From Candidatus Aminicenantes bacterium (lineage in GTDB: Bacteria > Acidobacteriota > Aminicenantia > Aminicenantales > JAFGBC01): a stretch of DNA of 64,000 nucleotides. Each line of letters starts with the position of its first letter. Within the stretch, counting starts at the first letter, position 1. Below, in pieces: positions 37,870-47,729 of the stretch. The stretch is taken from contig OY969696.1 of the NCBI GenBank assembly GCA_963702005.1, positions 1,984,001 to 2,048,000 of the forward strand, given 5' to 3'. The position numbers were made by a program, and so were the translations under genes. The notes under the pieces were generated by a model, which saw only the letters and a list, made by a program, of their open reading frames with translations, made no database searches and was not told the origin of the DNA.

Positions 37870-40269
37870 ATGCCAAACCGTGTTCGATCCGGACGGCTCA
37901 TGGGCGCGATCGTCATGGCCGTCGCGGTCCTCGGGACAGCCGGGGCCGCGCTCCGGGCCGGCTTCTCATCCGCGGGCCCGGAATGGATCCCGGGGCGCTA
38001 TTTTCCGCGTTTCCCATCCACGAGCCGGATCGAAGTCCTCACGGTCAAGACCGATCTGGACAACCAGGCGCTCACCTGGAGAAAGAATTTCCGGATCGAC
38101 CAATCCTACGACACGATGATGGCGCTGACCCTGGCCGGGATGCAGGGGATCATCAACCGCGAGAAGCCGAGCCTGTACATCGACTGGATCGACTCGGCCA
38201 CGAACGACGCCAGCCATTTTTGGGTCGCATACCTGGAAAAGCAGGTCGAGGTCGTTCCGCTGGCCCTGGACGCGGCCAGCGCGATCGGCGACCTTCATGC
38301 CCGCCACAAATCCCTGTTTGCCGGCGCCGTCATTTATGATCCCCTGGTCCCGGACACGATCAACCTGGCGACCATGATCGCGGGACTGGAAGACCGGGTT
38401 ATGCTGGCGCCCGAGCAAATGGGGCTGCCGGGCATCCCGAGCTTCAGCTCGGTCAAGGACCTCAGACCGCTGGCCAAGAGTCAGGGATGGGATACGACCG
38501 AAACCGGAAAAACCAAGCTCTACCAATGGGTCTACGACAATCTTTGGTCCCGGCTCGAGCATCGGATCATCGGGATCATCAGCGGGGGGCCGCCGACATC
38601 GGGGAAGATCGCGGGCGCGACCGGCGACTACTATTATCCGCTCTGTCTCGCCTCGCGCGATTATTACACGGCCCTGAAGCTGTCGGCGCTCTACTTGGAT
38701 CCCAAAGACAAACGGCAGGGCGACCTGCTGGCCAAGTTCCTGGGAGACGCCCCGGCCCCGGCTCCGGTCAGCGGCTGCTATGCCAATGACGAGCTCCCGA
38801 CGACGGCCCTGATCTCCCGCTACGGCGGCTGGAACATGGCGCTCTCCTGGCCGAACGCCCCCCTCCAGGGGTACAACTTGACGGTCCTCTCCGGCGTCAG
38901 GCCCGCCCTGAAATGCTACAGCCCTGAGATCAGCCAGGACCGCATCCTGGCGACCTTGGGCCGAAAGCCGGTGGCGACCGTCTGGAACACGGACGGTGAC
39001 AATCTCGACTACCAGCTGGACCGGGGTTTTCAGGGCGGCCTCCACTGGGTCTGGGGGGATCTCCAGGGCCATCGCTTCGGCTGGACCAATAATCCGACTC
39101 TTGTCGACCTCGCGCCTCTCGTCTGGAACTACTACGTCGGCTCCCGGAAGGAGGTCCGTTTCGTCAGCGGGTACTCGGGCGCGGGCTACATGTACCCGTC
39201 GCTCATGACCAACGTTCAACTCGACGATTACCTGAAGCACGCCGCCGCCTATCTGTCACAAACAGGGGAGCGGGTCGTCTGGGCCGACCTGCACTACGGA
39301 TGGATTTGGGATCAAAGACTGGCGGGCCGTTACTATGGGAAGCTGGACCGAGCCGGCTATCTCGGCGCCTTCACCAGCGCCAGCGGACCTCGCTGGGGGC
39401 TTCCCTTCGTCTATGAAGGAGTCCCGGCGCCGGCCGCCGCTCCGGCCTATGTCATGGATTATACCAATGTCGACTGGATTATCCGCGACATCATGGCCAG
39501 GAAGCCCGACGAGGTCTTCGTCGACTTGAACGCCCTCTATTATTTGCTGAACCTGGATTGGGGACAGGTCGTCAAAGATCCCCAGGCCTTCGGCCAAGAC
39601 GCCTATCTCGTGCGCCACGGGAATCCGCAATGGGGCCTTGTCGTCTACGGCCCCCGCGCCGTCTTCCCCCCCGGGGATTATACGGTGGCTTTCAAGCTCA
39701 AGGTGCCCGCGACCTCAAGCCCGCAGGATATGGCCCAGATCTACGTCGGGCGATTAAGCGACAGCTGGCCGAATCCCGTCTGGGAGTGGATCGCACGTCG
39801 CTATCTGGCGCCGAACGATTTCAAGGCGCCGAACCGCTACCAGGAGTTCGCCCTGAATTTTCATTTGGCGAAACTGACGACCCAGATCGAATTCCGGGTC
39901 GACTATCGCGGGACCTCCACGGACCTCTATGTGGACTTCGTCCGCTGTCGGCGCCGGGGAAGCGCGGGACTTCCGGTCCTGGCGCCGGTTCTCATCAACC
40001 TGATGGCCCCGCCCGAACGTATGACGGATGTCCCGGCCTTCGCGGAGAAGTTCGAGAAAGCGGGCGGAATCACCCTGACGGCCGAGGAATTCATGGCCGT
40101 CCTTAACCCCAAGTATATGCTCAAGCTCGCCGAAAAATTGGCCGGGGCGCAAAACCCCGACGTTATCAAAGCCAAATCCCTGCTCGGCTCGGGGGATTTC
40201 CTGGGGAGCCTGCTGGCCTCGCGAAGCGCTTTAAGGACGACGGGTTTGGGACAGGAATCAATAAGATGA
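37870..40269 (+). CDS. GxGYxYP-family putative glycoside hydrolase with inserted CBM-like domain
   Basis: GAVIYDP, INLATMIAG, TDGDN, SGAGYMYP; YGP....PG.Y...F.LKV...Y..F.L.F....EFRV jelly-roll segment. Confidence 0.75.
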   Translation: MPNRVRSGRLMGAIVMAVAVLGTAGAALRAGFSSAGPEWIPGRYFPRFPSTSRIEVLTVKTDLDNQALTWRKNFRIDQSYDTMMALTLAGMQGIINREKPSLYIDWIDSATNDASHFWVAYLEKQVEVVPLALDAASAIGDLHARHKSLFAGAVIYDPLVPDTINLATMIAGLEDRVMLAPEQMGLPGIPSFSSVKDLRPLAKSQGWDTTETGKTKLYQWVYDNLWSRLEHRIIGIISGGPPTSGKIAGATGDYYYPLCLASRDYYTALKLSALYLDPKDKRQGDLLAKFLGDAPAPAPVSGCYANDELPTTALISRYGGWNMALSWPNAPLQGYNLTVLSGVRPALKCYSPEISQDRILATLGRKPVATVWNTDGDNLDYQLDRGFQGGLHWVWGDLQGHRFGWTNNPTLVDLAPLVWNYYVGSRKEVRFVSGYSGAGYMYPSLMTNVQLDDYLKHAAAYLSQTGERVVWADLHYGWIWDQRLAGRYYGKLDRAGYLGAFTSASGPRWGLPFVYEGVPAPAAAPAYVMDYTNVDWIIRDIMARKPDEVFVDLNALYYLLNLDWGQVVKDPQAFGQDAYLVRHGNPQWGLVVYGPRAVFPPGDYTVAFKLKVPATSSPQDMAQIYVGRLSDSWPNPVWEWIARRYLAPNDFKAPNRYQEFALNFHLAKLTTQIEFRVDYRGTSTDLYVDFVRCRRRGSAGLPVLAPVLINLMAPPERMTDVPAFAEKFEKAGGITLTAEEFMAVLNPKYMLKLAEKLAGAQNPDVIKAKSLLGSGDFLGSLLASRSALRTTGLGQESIR

Positions 40270-40291
40270 TCGTTCGTCAGGAGCCCATGAT

Positions 40292-42163
40292 ATGATCAAC
40301 GAGAGCGCCCGAAAGACGGCCGCCCAGTGCCGTCACTACGCCATGTGCAAGATCGATTACTTGGGGACCGGCCTCTGCCCATCGGGCCCGGAGAGGCATT
40401 ATGTGGCCTTCTATCCCCAGGGGCGCATGGACCTGTACCGCGCCCTGGCCGAGAATCTCGTCCCCGTGACGGAAGCCCTGGTCGAGTCCGCCGACACCTG
40501 CACGCTGTGCGGCATTTGCGACAAGCAGTGCCATTTCGTGACGGGGATGCGGCCGGTCAAGGTGATGGAGGCTCTGAAGGACTACGTCCAAAAATACCTT
40601 GACGGGAAAAACCCCGTCCACAGGCCGAAAGAGGACGACGTCCTGAAGGGATTGAGGACCATCGTCGGGAAGGAATGGGCGACCAACGACCCGGCCATCC
40701 TCTTCACCTACGCCGACGACCCGTTCCCGCTGGCCGGCATTCAGATGCCGCGCTATGTCGTCCTGCCCGGCTCAAGGGATGAGGTCGCGGCCGTCGTGGC
40801 GCTGGCCGACCGGCTCGGAATCCCCTTCGCCATCCGCGGGAACGGCGGCAGCGTCTTCGGATTTGTCTTCAGCGACGGGATCGTCCTCGACATGAACCGG
40901 ATGAAGAAGATCGAATTCGACGCCGACAACTGGTGCGTCGCCGTCGAACCGGGCGTCACGTCGTTCGACCTCCAGGCGGAAGCCTACCGGCGCGGCTTCC
41001 GGGTGAACGCCGCCGAGCCGGCGGCCACGGTCTGCGGCAACATCGTCTGCACGGGGACGTTCTCGACCTGGTCCAACGTTTACGGCACGGCCGCCGACGG
41101 CTTCATCGACATGGAGTTCGTGGACAGGAAAGGCGGGATTTTCCGTCTCAACGATAAGAACGCGCCCAACGTGTTCGCCTTCGACCACGCCATGATCCCG
41201 TCTCCCGGCGTCTGCACCAAAGCCGTGGTCAAGCTGCACCCGGTCACGGAGGACGAGGAAGGGGTCCTCGTCCCCTTCGCCGATTTTGACGACGCCGTGA
41301 AATTCGCCCGCGATTTGAGCCGGCGCCGGATCGCATTGGCCCTGGCCGTTCTGGGGGGGCACTACATTTCGACCTTCATGTCGCCGTCCCGGGAGCTCTC
41401 CGAGAGAATCAAGCATGTCATGCCCGATGTCCTGGGCATCAAGTACCTTGTGTTTGCGGTCGCCGACGCTTACGGCCGCGAGGCGATCAGGAAGATGGCC
41501 GGGACGGTTATCGACGGCGGGCTGTTCCGGACGCTCATGCTCGGCCTGCCCCGGCTGGCGGACACGGAGCTCACGGCCGTCCTCCGCGCCTACGAAGGCA
41601 ACACGCCTCCCTATGAGATTCTCTGCAAGCCGGAGATGAGGTCCGTCGTTGAGGCCATGCTCCAGCCCTCGCCGGAGACGATCGCCGGGTCGGTCGACGA
41701 GGACCTCAGGGACTTCTATGCCCGGTTGTATGCCCGTCCCGAGATGACCGACATGGTCTGGCTCAACATGTTCCGGATCGTCAGCGCCCGGATGTCGAGG
41801 CCCAAGCACATGTTCGCTTTCCTGATCTACGTGCCTCTCGACAAGCTCGAAGTCATCCATCACATCATCGACGGGTTCGCCCGGATCGCCGACGCGCACG
41901 CGATCGAGCATGACTACGGCTTCCTGACGCCCATGGATTTCGGGAAGCGCGCCATTCTCGAATACGATTATTACATCGATCATACCGACCCGGCCGAAAA
42001 AAAGAAGATCGGGGATTCCATGACCGAGATCGGGCCTTGGCTGGACGGGTTGGCGGCCAAGACGAAGGGCGTCACCTCCCTCATGTACGTTTTTTCCCAG
42101 GGCTGCTCCCGGAAGGAGAATTTTCTTTACCGCGAGGCCCCTCCGGCCCGCCCACAACGATGA
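40292..42163 (+). CDS. FAD-linked oxidoreductase (FAD_binding_4/PCMH) with N-terminal Fe-S dicluster domain
   Basis: C..C..CP..GR..CTLCGICDKQC, then P.YVVLP...EV, RGNG, LDMNRM, VEPGV, ATVCGN. Confidence 0.8.
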   Translation: MINESARKTAAQCRHYAMCKIDYLGTGLCPSGPERHYVAFYPQGRMDLYRALAENLVPVTEALVESADTCTLCGICDKQCHFVTGMRPVKVMEALKDYVQKYLDGKNPVHRPKEDDVLKGLRTIVGKEWATNDPAILFTYADDPFPLAGIQMPRYVVLPGSRDEVAAVVALADRLGIPFAIRGNGGSVFGFVFSDGIVLDMNRMKKIEFDADNWCVAVEPGVTSFDLQAEAYRRGFRVNAAEPAATVCGNIVCTGTFSTWSNVYGTAADGFIDMEFVDRKGGIFRLNDKNAPNVFAFDHAMIPSPGVCTKAVVKLHPVTEDEEGVLVPFADFDDAVKFARDLSRRRIALALAVLGGHYISTFMSPSRELSERIKHVMPDVLGIKYLVFAVADAYGREAIRKMAGTVIDGGLFRTLMLGLPRLADTELTAVLRAYEGNTPPYEILCKPEMRSVVEAMLQPSPETIAGSVDEDLRDFYARLYARPEMTDMVWLNMFRIVSARMSRPKHMFAFLIYVPLDKLEVIHHIIDGFARIADAHAIEHDYGFLTPMDFGKRAILEYDYYIDHTDPAEKKKIGDSMTEIGPWLDGLAAKTKGVTSLMYVFSQGCSRKENFLYREAPPARPQR

Positions 42164-43376
42164 CCGACAGGCGATTATCCCGGGCCGGACTCGAAAAAAA
42201 GCGGGCCGACCGGTCCACCCGGTTTTTCCTGACGGGAGGAACCGGCTTTCTGGGGAGCCACATCGCCGTCGAGCTCTTGAAAAGAGGCTACCGTGTCTGC
42301 ATCCTGGCCAGACCCGGCCAACGGGGGTCCGCCCGGGATCGGGTGGGGGAGCTCCTGGATTGGCTCGGCCTGCCCGCCGGCGGGCGACAAGGGCTCAGGG
42401 TCGTCGAGGGCGATATCACCCGGCCCGGCCTGGGGGTCGAGGCGGAGACCATGCGCGGGCTGCTTCAGGAGACCGATGAAATCATCCATTGCGCCTCCAA
42501 CACTTCCTTCTCGGAACGGAGAAGGGCCGAGCTGGAAGCGGTCAACGGCGAAGGGCTATCGTACGTCCTGGATTTTGCCCGGGAGAGCGGCGCCGGCTTC
42601 TTCCACCAGGTGAGCACGGCGTTCGTCGCCGGCAGGATCAGCGGGACCTGTCTTGAAGAACCGGTGACGGCCCGCGAATTCTGGAACGCTTATGAAGAGA
42701 CGAAGGGACGGGGCGAACAGATGGCGGCGCGGGCCTGCCGGGCCGCCGGGCTCGGGCTGACGATCTATCGGCCCTCCATCGTCTATGGAGATTCGCGGAC
42801 GGGACGCAGCCTCCTTTTCAACGCCGTCTATTACCCCGTGCGAACGGCCCTCTTCATCAAGGACCTCTATGAAAAGGACATCCGGGAGAGGGGCGGCAAG
42901 AAGGCCCAAGAGATGGGGGTGCGCATCGGGGCCGACGGCTCGACGCACCTCCCGTTGAGGATTGAGACGGCCCGCCGGGGCGGCATCAACCTGGTCCCCG
43001 TGGATTTCTTCACGGCCGCATTTCTGGCCCTCCTGGAGGGCGCGCCCGAGGGAGGGATCTTCCATATCGTCAACGGCGCCATGAAACGGATCGAGGACCT
43101 CATCGACTACAGCTGCCGCCTGTTCCGCATGACCGGGATCAGGGCCTGCGGGCCGGAAGAATTCGGGGAAGTCTCCATGAATGCGCTGGAGGCGCTTTAC
43201 GCTCATTACGTGGAGGCCTACGGACCTTACATGAGGGACACCCGGGTCTTCGATACGGCCAAATCCCGGCTCATCCTCGAGCCGAGGGGGTGGTCTGTCC
43301 GGAATTCGATTACGGTGTTTTCGCGCGGTGCATGAATTACGCCGTCGAAGCCGGCTGGGGCTCGCGGCTTTTTTGA
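42160..43376 (+). CDS. Extended SDR / fatty-acyl-CoA reductase-like (NAD_binding_4) protein; C-terminus frameshifted at G5 run
   Basis: TGGTGFLG, GDIT...LG, IIHCA, VSTAFV, YEETK, YRPSIV.GDS.TG. As written it stops at 43335; the -1 frame continues to 43376. Confidence 0.78.
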
Positions 43377-43393
43377 GATGAGAAGCCGGGATA

Positions 43394-43414
43394 GAGCGCC
43401 GTTGGACGGCGCTC
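43394..43414 (+). terminator. Hairpin downstream of reductase gene, possible terminator
   Basis: gagcgccgt-tgg-acggcgctc, with only a weak distal T tract. Confidence 0.45.
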
Positions 43415-43476
43415 CGCTATTTTACAAAACGCCGCGAGCGGTATAAAATTCAAAAAACGAGAGAAAGACGCGAACG

Positions 43477-43989
43477 ATGGACAAGCCCGAGCCCATTCCC
43501 GACGATGCCGAGCGCCGGGTTTATGAAGTCCTCGACGCCCTGGACATCCGGTATGTCCGCTACGGTCACCCGCCCGTCTTCACCGTCGAGGAGGCGCGGG
43601 AGCACTGGAAAGACGTCCCGGGCGTCCACTGCAAGAACCTTTTTCTCCGCAACACCAAGGGGAACCGGCATTTCCTGGTCATCCTCGAAGCGTCCAAGCG
43701 GGCCGACCTCAAGGCCCTGAGCCTCAAACTCGGCACGGACAGGGTGAGCTTCGGATCCGACGAGCGTCTTCGCCGCTGTCTCGGCCTGACTCCCGGTTCG
43801 GTTTCTCCGTTCGGGCTCATCAACGACGCGAAAAAGGAGGTTGAGGTCGTCCTGGACGAAGACCTCAAGCAGGCAGATTCCGTCTGCTTCCACCCCAACG
43901 TCAACACGGCGACCTTAAATTTAAGCTACGCCGATTTCGAGCGTTTTCTCAGCTGGGCCGGCCACCCCATCCGCTATCTCAAGCTCTAA
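43477..43989 (+). CDS. YbaK/ProX-family aminoacyl-tRNA editing protein
   Basis: HPPVFTVEEA, KNLFLR, LG.TPGSVSPFGLIND, FHPNVNTAT. Confidence 0.92.
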   Translation: MDKPEPIPDDAERRVYEVLDALDIRYVRYGHPPVFTVEEAREHWKDVPGVHCKNLFLRNTKGNRHFLVILEASKRADLKALSLKLGTDRVSFGSDERLRRCLGLTPGSVSPFGLINDAKKEVEVVLDEDLKQADSVCFHPNVNTATLNLSYADFERFLSWAGHPIRYLKL

Positions 43990-44017
43990 AATGCAGCCGT
44001 TCCTCGTCTTCACATTG

Positions 44018-44196
44018 TTCAATCCCCTTCGCGGGATTCCACGGACGTTAGTCCGTGGAGCTTCAGCTTCCCCTCCAAGTTGACCCGTTCGCCGACGCGA
44101 AGCCCCGCCCTTCAGGGCGGGGACGAGAAGCGTGGCTCAGGGTTAAACCTGATCAAGCCCCGGCATTCATGCCGGGGAGTCGAGGGTTTGACTTGG
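44018..44196. repeat. Composite palindromic element: double-hairpin repeat copy 2 (44018-44067) plus multi-hairpin unit (44075-44196)
   Basis: Hairpins ccccgccc-ttca-gggcgggg (44103-44122), tcagg..cctga (44137-44152) and ccccggca-ttca-tgccgggg (44158-44177), enclosed by ccaagt/acttgg. Confidence 0.8.
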
Positions 44197-44280
44197 CTTA
44201 TATCGTATGTTAGTAATGAGCCATATTAAAAAATGATGCCGATGTGTTTTCCCAAGCGTCGCCACGTTAGGAGGCTGTCA

Positions 44281-45486
44281 ATGAAAAAGAGCGGAGGAGC
44301 CCTCCTAGCCGTGTTCCTTCTCATCCTGGCCGCGACGGCGTCTTTCGCCCAGCCGCTGCCGTCGGGGAAGCCCGAGGAGGTCGGGATGTCGTCGGCCCGG
44401 CTGGCCCGGGTCCATGACATCATCAAGGCCGCCGTCGCGAATAAAGATTTCCCGGGCGCCGTGCTCCTGGTCGCCCGCAGGGGGAAGGTCGTGCTCAGGG
44501 AAGCCTACGGCTTAAGCCAGCTCGTCCCCGAAGAGAAGCCTATGACGCCGGACCTGATCTTCGACCTCGCCTCGATCAGCAAGCCCGTATCCACGGCGAC
44601 TTCGATCATGATCCTGGTCGAGCAGGGCCGGATCCGGCTTTGGGACCGGGTCAATCTCTATGTCCCCGAGTTCGTTGCCTATATCCAGGAAGGCGGCATC
44701 CCGGGCGAGGACGCCCGGCTCTGGCATCTCCTGACACATACCTCGGGACTGCCGCCCTATACGGACGCGGCCGAGGTCGAGAAACTCTACGGGAAGCCCT
44801 GCCCGACCGAGACGCTGGTCCGGCATATCGCCCAGCTCCGCAAGACGGACCCGCCCGGGAAGACCTTCACCTACAGCTGCCTGGGCTATATTACCCTCGC
44901 CCATATCCTGAACAAGGTCACCGGGCAGACTCTGGCCGAGTTTGCCGCGGAGAACATCTTCCGGCCCTTGAAGATGGAGCATACCTTTTATAATCCGCCC
45001 GATAATTTCAGAGACCTCTGCGTCCCGACCCAGGTCGTGGAGGGATCAGTCCTCAAGGGAGTCGTCCACGATCCCCTGGCCAGGCTCCAGGGCGGGATTT
45101 CGGGAAACGCGGGCCTGTTTTCGACGGCGGACGACCTGGCCGTCTTCGGCCAGATGATGCTCGGCGGCGGCGAGTACAGGGGCGTCAGGATCCTCAGTCC
45201 GCTGGCCGTCGAGCGCATGACCGAAATATATCCCAAGGTCAGCTTATCGGGGCGGGGGCTGGGCTGGGACTTGGATTCGGACTACGCGACGAACGGCGGC
45301 GACCTGTTCGGACCGCAATCCTACGGCCATTCCGGCTACACCGGGACGTCGCTCTGGATCGATCCCGAGACCCAAACGACGGTCGTCTTCCTGACCAACC
45401 GGGCCCATCCCGACGATAAAGGCGATGTCATCGCCCTCCGCAGCAAGGTCGCCAACGTCGTGGCCGCCTCGATCATCCGGAAATAA
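44281..45486 (+). CDS. Exported serine hydrolase (beta-lactamase class C-like)
   Basis: FDLASISK (SxxK), LLTHTSGLP, F.YS, GNAGLFSTA, GHSGYTGT. Confidence 0.9.
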   Translation: MKKSGGALLAVFLLILAATASFAQPLPSGKPEEVGMSSARLARVHDIIKAAVANKDFPGAVLLVARRGKVVLREAYGLSQLVPEEKPMTPDLIFDLASISKPVSTATSIMILVEQGRIRLWDRVNLYVPEFVAYIQEGGIPGEDARLWHLLTHTSGLPPYTDAAEVEKLYGKPCPTETLVRHIAQLRKTDPPGKTFTYSCLGYITLAHILNKVTGQTLAEFAAENIFRPLKMEHTFYNPPDNFRDLCVPTQVVEGSVLKGVVHDPLARLQGGISGNAGLFSTADDLAVFGQMMLGGGEYRGVRILSPLAVERMTEIYPKVSLSGRGLGWDLDSDYATNGGDLFGPQSYGHSGYTGTSLWIDPETQTTVVFLTNRAHPDDKGDVIALRSKVANVVAASIIRK

Positions 45487-45569
45487 GATCCAAGAGCCTG
45501 TCTCTGACGACTCCCCCACACAATCAAGCCAAAATTCGCTATAATGGCTTCGCCACCCGGGAGGGATCA

Positions 45570-47651
45570 GTGAAGCCTGTTTTCAACGCGCGTCGAAGGG
45601 TTCTCCTTTTTGTCTTGGCCTCCGCCGTCTTATCGCCTCTCCGCATCCCCTCATCGCCCCGGAGCAGGGATTCCGTTTCGCCCCCGGAGTACGAATTCGT
45701 CATGGCCGCTTCCTGGCTGACCATGAAGGACGGGGTCCGGCTTTCGGCGACGTTTTTCAAGCCGGTTCCCAGGTCTTCGGGGGAGCGGTTTCCGGTTCTG
45801 TTCGACTATTATCCCTACCGCAAGGACGAAGACCCGAGCAGCTTCAGCTTGTACACCTATTTCGCCCGCCGGGGGTACATCACGGCGACGGTCGATGTCC
45901 GGGGGACCGGCTCGTCGGAAGGGGCCGTGCCGGACAGGGAATATTCCGAACGGGAGCTCGATGACGGGCAGGAAGTCATCCGGCAATTATCGGAGATGCC
46001 GGAATCGAACGGCCGGGTGGGCATGTGGGGAAAATCCTGGGGCGGCTTCAACGCCATCCAAACGGCCATGCGAAGACCCGCCGCCTTGAAGGCCATCCTG
46101 GCCCTGGACGCTACCGATGATCTCTATGCCGAGGACGTTCATCACATGGATGGGGCCTTTCACTGCGACGAGTTCATGTCCTACATGGACAATGAGAACA
46201 TCCTGCCGCGGACGCCCGGCCTTCGGCTCGACGAAGATTATTTCAAAAACCGATTCGATCATTATCCCTGGTTTCTGACCTACGCCAAGGAGCAGGTCGA
46301 CGGAGAGTTCTGGCGCCGGAATTCGCTGCGCTGGCAATACGAGACAATCGCGGTCCCTTGTTATCTCATCGGCGGCCTTCTGGACGGATACCGGGACAGC
46401 CTTCCCCGCATGCTCGAGAACATGAAGGTTCCCGTCCGGGCCGTCCTCGGTCCCTGGAAGCACGACTGGCCCGACACCGGCGTTCCCGGGCCGAATTATG
46501 AATGGCGTTACGAGGCCGTCCGTTGGTGGGACCGCTGGCTCAAGGACAGGGACACGGGCATCCAAGAGGACCCGCGGTTCGTCTATTTTCTGCGGGCGGG
46601 ACACGGCCCGGACGCCGCCCTCCAGACAACCCCCGGCCGCTGGGTGGGCGGCGACTGGCCCGCGCGCGGCATGACCTGGAGGAAGCTCTATCCTTCCTGC
46701 GGCCGTCAGCTCGGGGATCGGCCCGGTCCGGCGGGCTTCGAAGACCTGAAATACGTCCCGAGCTACGGCTCGGCAACCGGCTTTTGGTGGGGGGAGCCGA
46801 CGGGAGATATCCGGCCCGACGATGCCGGGAGCCTCGTTTTCGATACGTCCCCTCTCAGGGATAAACTGGAGATCGCGGGATTTCCGACGTTCCGCCTTCG
46901 GGTCTCCGTCGATGCCCCCACGGCTCATTGGACGGCCCGCCTCGAAGATGTCCAGCCCGACGGGACGGTTTCGCTGGTGACGGGCAAGCTCATCAACGGA
47001 TCCCAGCGCCGCTCCCGCCTTCATCCCCAATCGCTCGTCCCGGGGGAAGAGTACGACCTGGAACTCGCGCTCCATTTCACGACCTGGACTTTTCAGCCAG
47101 GGCACCGGATCAGGCTGGCCGTTTCCAACGCCCAATGGCCCATGATCTGGCCGACTCCTTATCCGATGACCTCGCGGCTCGTCACCGGGGACGAACGAAC
47201 GCGCCTTGATCTTCCGGTGGCCCCGGCCGGGACGCCGACGGTCACGACCTTCCTGCCGCCCGAATCCCAGGAGGAACGGACGGATGCCCGCTATCTGGGA
47301 GGCGTCGCCTGGCCCGGCGGCTTTTCCGAATGGAAGAAGGACTTGTTGACTTCGAAGACGTCCCTGGAATGGAGAGGGTCCGGAGATTTCGAGATCGGAG
47401 GCCGCCGGTTCCACACCGAGGAACGCACCGTCTACGAAGCATCCGACACGGACCCCGCCCGGGCCTTCTTCAGGGGGGAGGCGAGCTGGAGTTTCGAGGA
47501 TGCGATCCGAAAAGCGACACTCCGTTCTGTAATCGAGGTCTCCTCCGATCCGAGCCGCTTCTTCGTGACCGTCACGCGCAGCGCCGAAGAAAACGGTCGT
47601 CTCCTCCGTAGCCGCGAATGGAAAGAGACCATTCCCCGGCTTTTCAATTAA
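45570..47651 (+). CDS. CocE/NonD-family hydrolase (exported)
   Basis: M.DGVRL, D.RGTGSSEG, GMWGKSWGG, GG..DGY, GPW.H, F.PGHRIRLAVS. Confidence 0.9.
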   Translation: MKPVFNARRRVLLFVLASAVLSPLRIPSSPRSRDSVSPPEYEFVMAASWLTMKDGVRLSATFFKPVPRSSGERFPVLFDYYPYRKDEDPSSFSLYTYFARRGYITATVDVRGTGSSEGAVPDREYSERELDDGQEVIRQLSEMPESNGRVGMWGKSWGGFNAIQTAMRRPAALKAILALDATDDLYAEDVHHMDGAFHCDEFMSYMDNENILPRTPGLRLDEDYFKNRFDHYPWFLTYAKEQVDGEFWRRNSLRWQYETIAVPCYLIGGLLDGYRDSLPRMLENMKVPVRAVLGPWKHDWPDTGVPGPNYEWRYEAVRWWDRWLKDRDTGIQEDPRFVYFLRAGHGPDAALQTTPGRWVGGDWPARGMTWRKLYPSCGRQLGDRPGPAGFEDLKYVPSYGSATGFWWGEPTGDIRPDDAGSLVFDTSPLRDKLEIAGFPTFRLRVSVDAPTAHWTARLEDVQPDGTVSLVTGKLINGSQRRSRLHPQSLVPGEEYDLELALHFTTWTFQPGHRIRLAVSNAQWPMIWPTPYPMTSRLVTGDERTRLDLPVAPAGTPTVTTFLPPESQEERTDARYLGGVAWPGGFSEWKKDLLTSKTSLEWRGSGDFEIGGRRFHTEERTVYEASDTDPARAFFRGEASWSFEDAIRKATLRSVIEVSSDPSRFFVTVTRSAEENGRLLRSREWKETIPRLFN

Positions 47652-47675
47652 TCCCTATCTTGCTCTTCGGATGAT

Positions 47676-47704
47676 TTGACTCCGCCCGGTTGAATTGATA
47701 TTCT
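47676..47704 (+). promoter_or_regulatory. Candidate sigma70 promoter TTGACT-N17-TATTCT with extended -10 TG
   Basis: 25 bp upstream of kinase ATG. Confidence 0.5.
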
Positions 47705-47729
47705 TTAACATCGCGGGGACGGGACGGGC

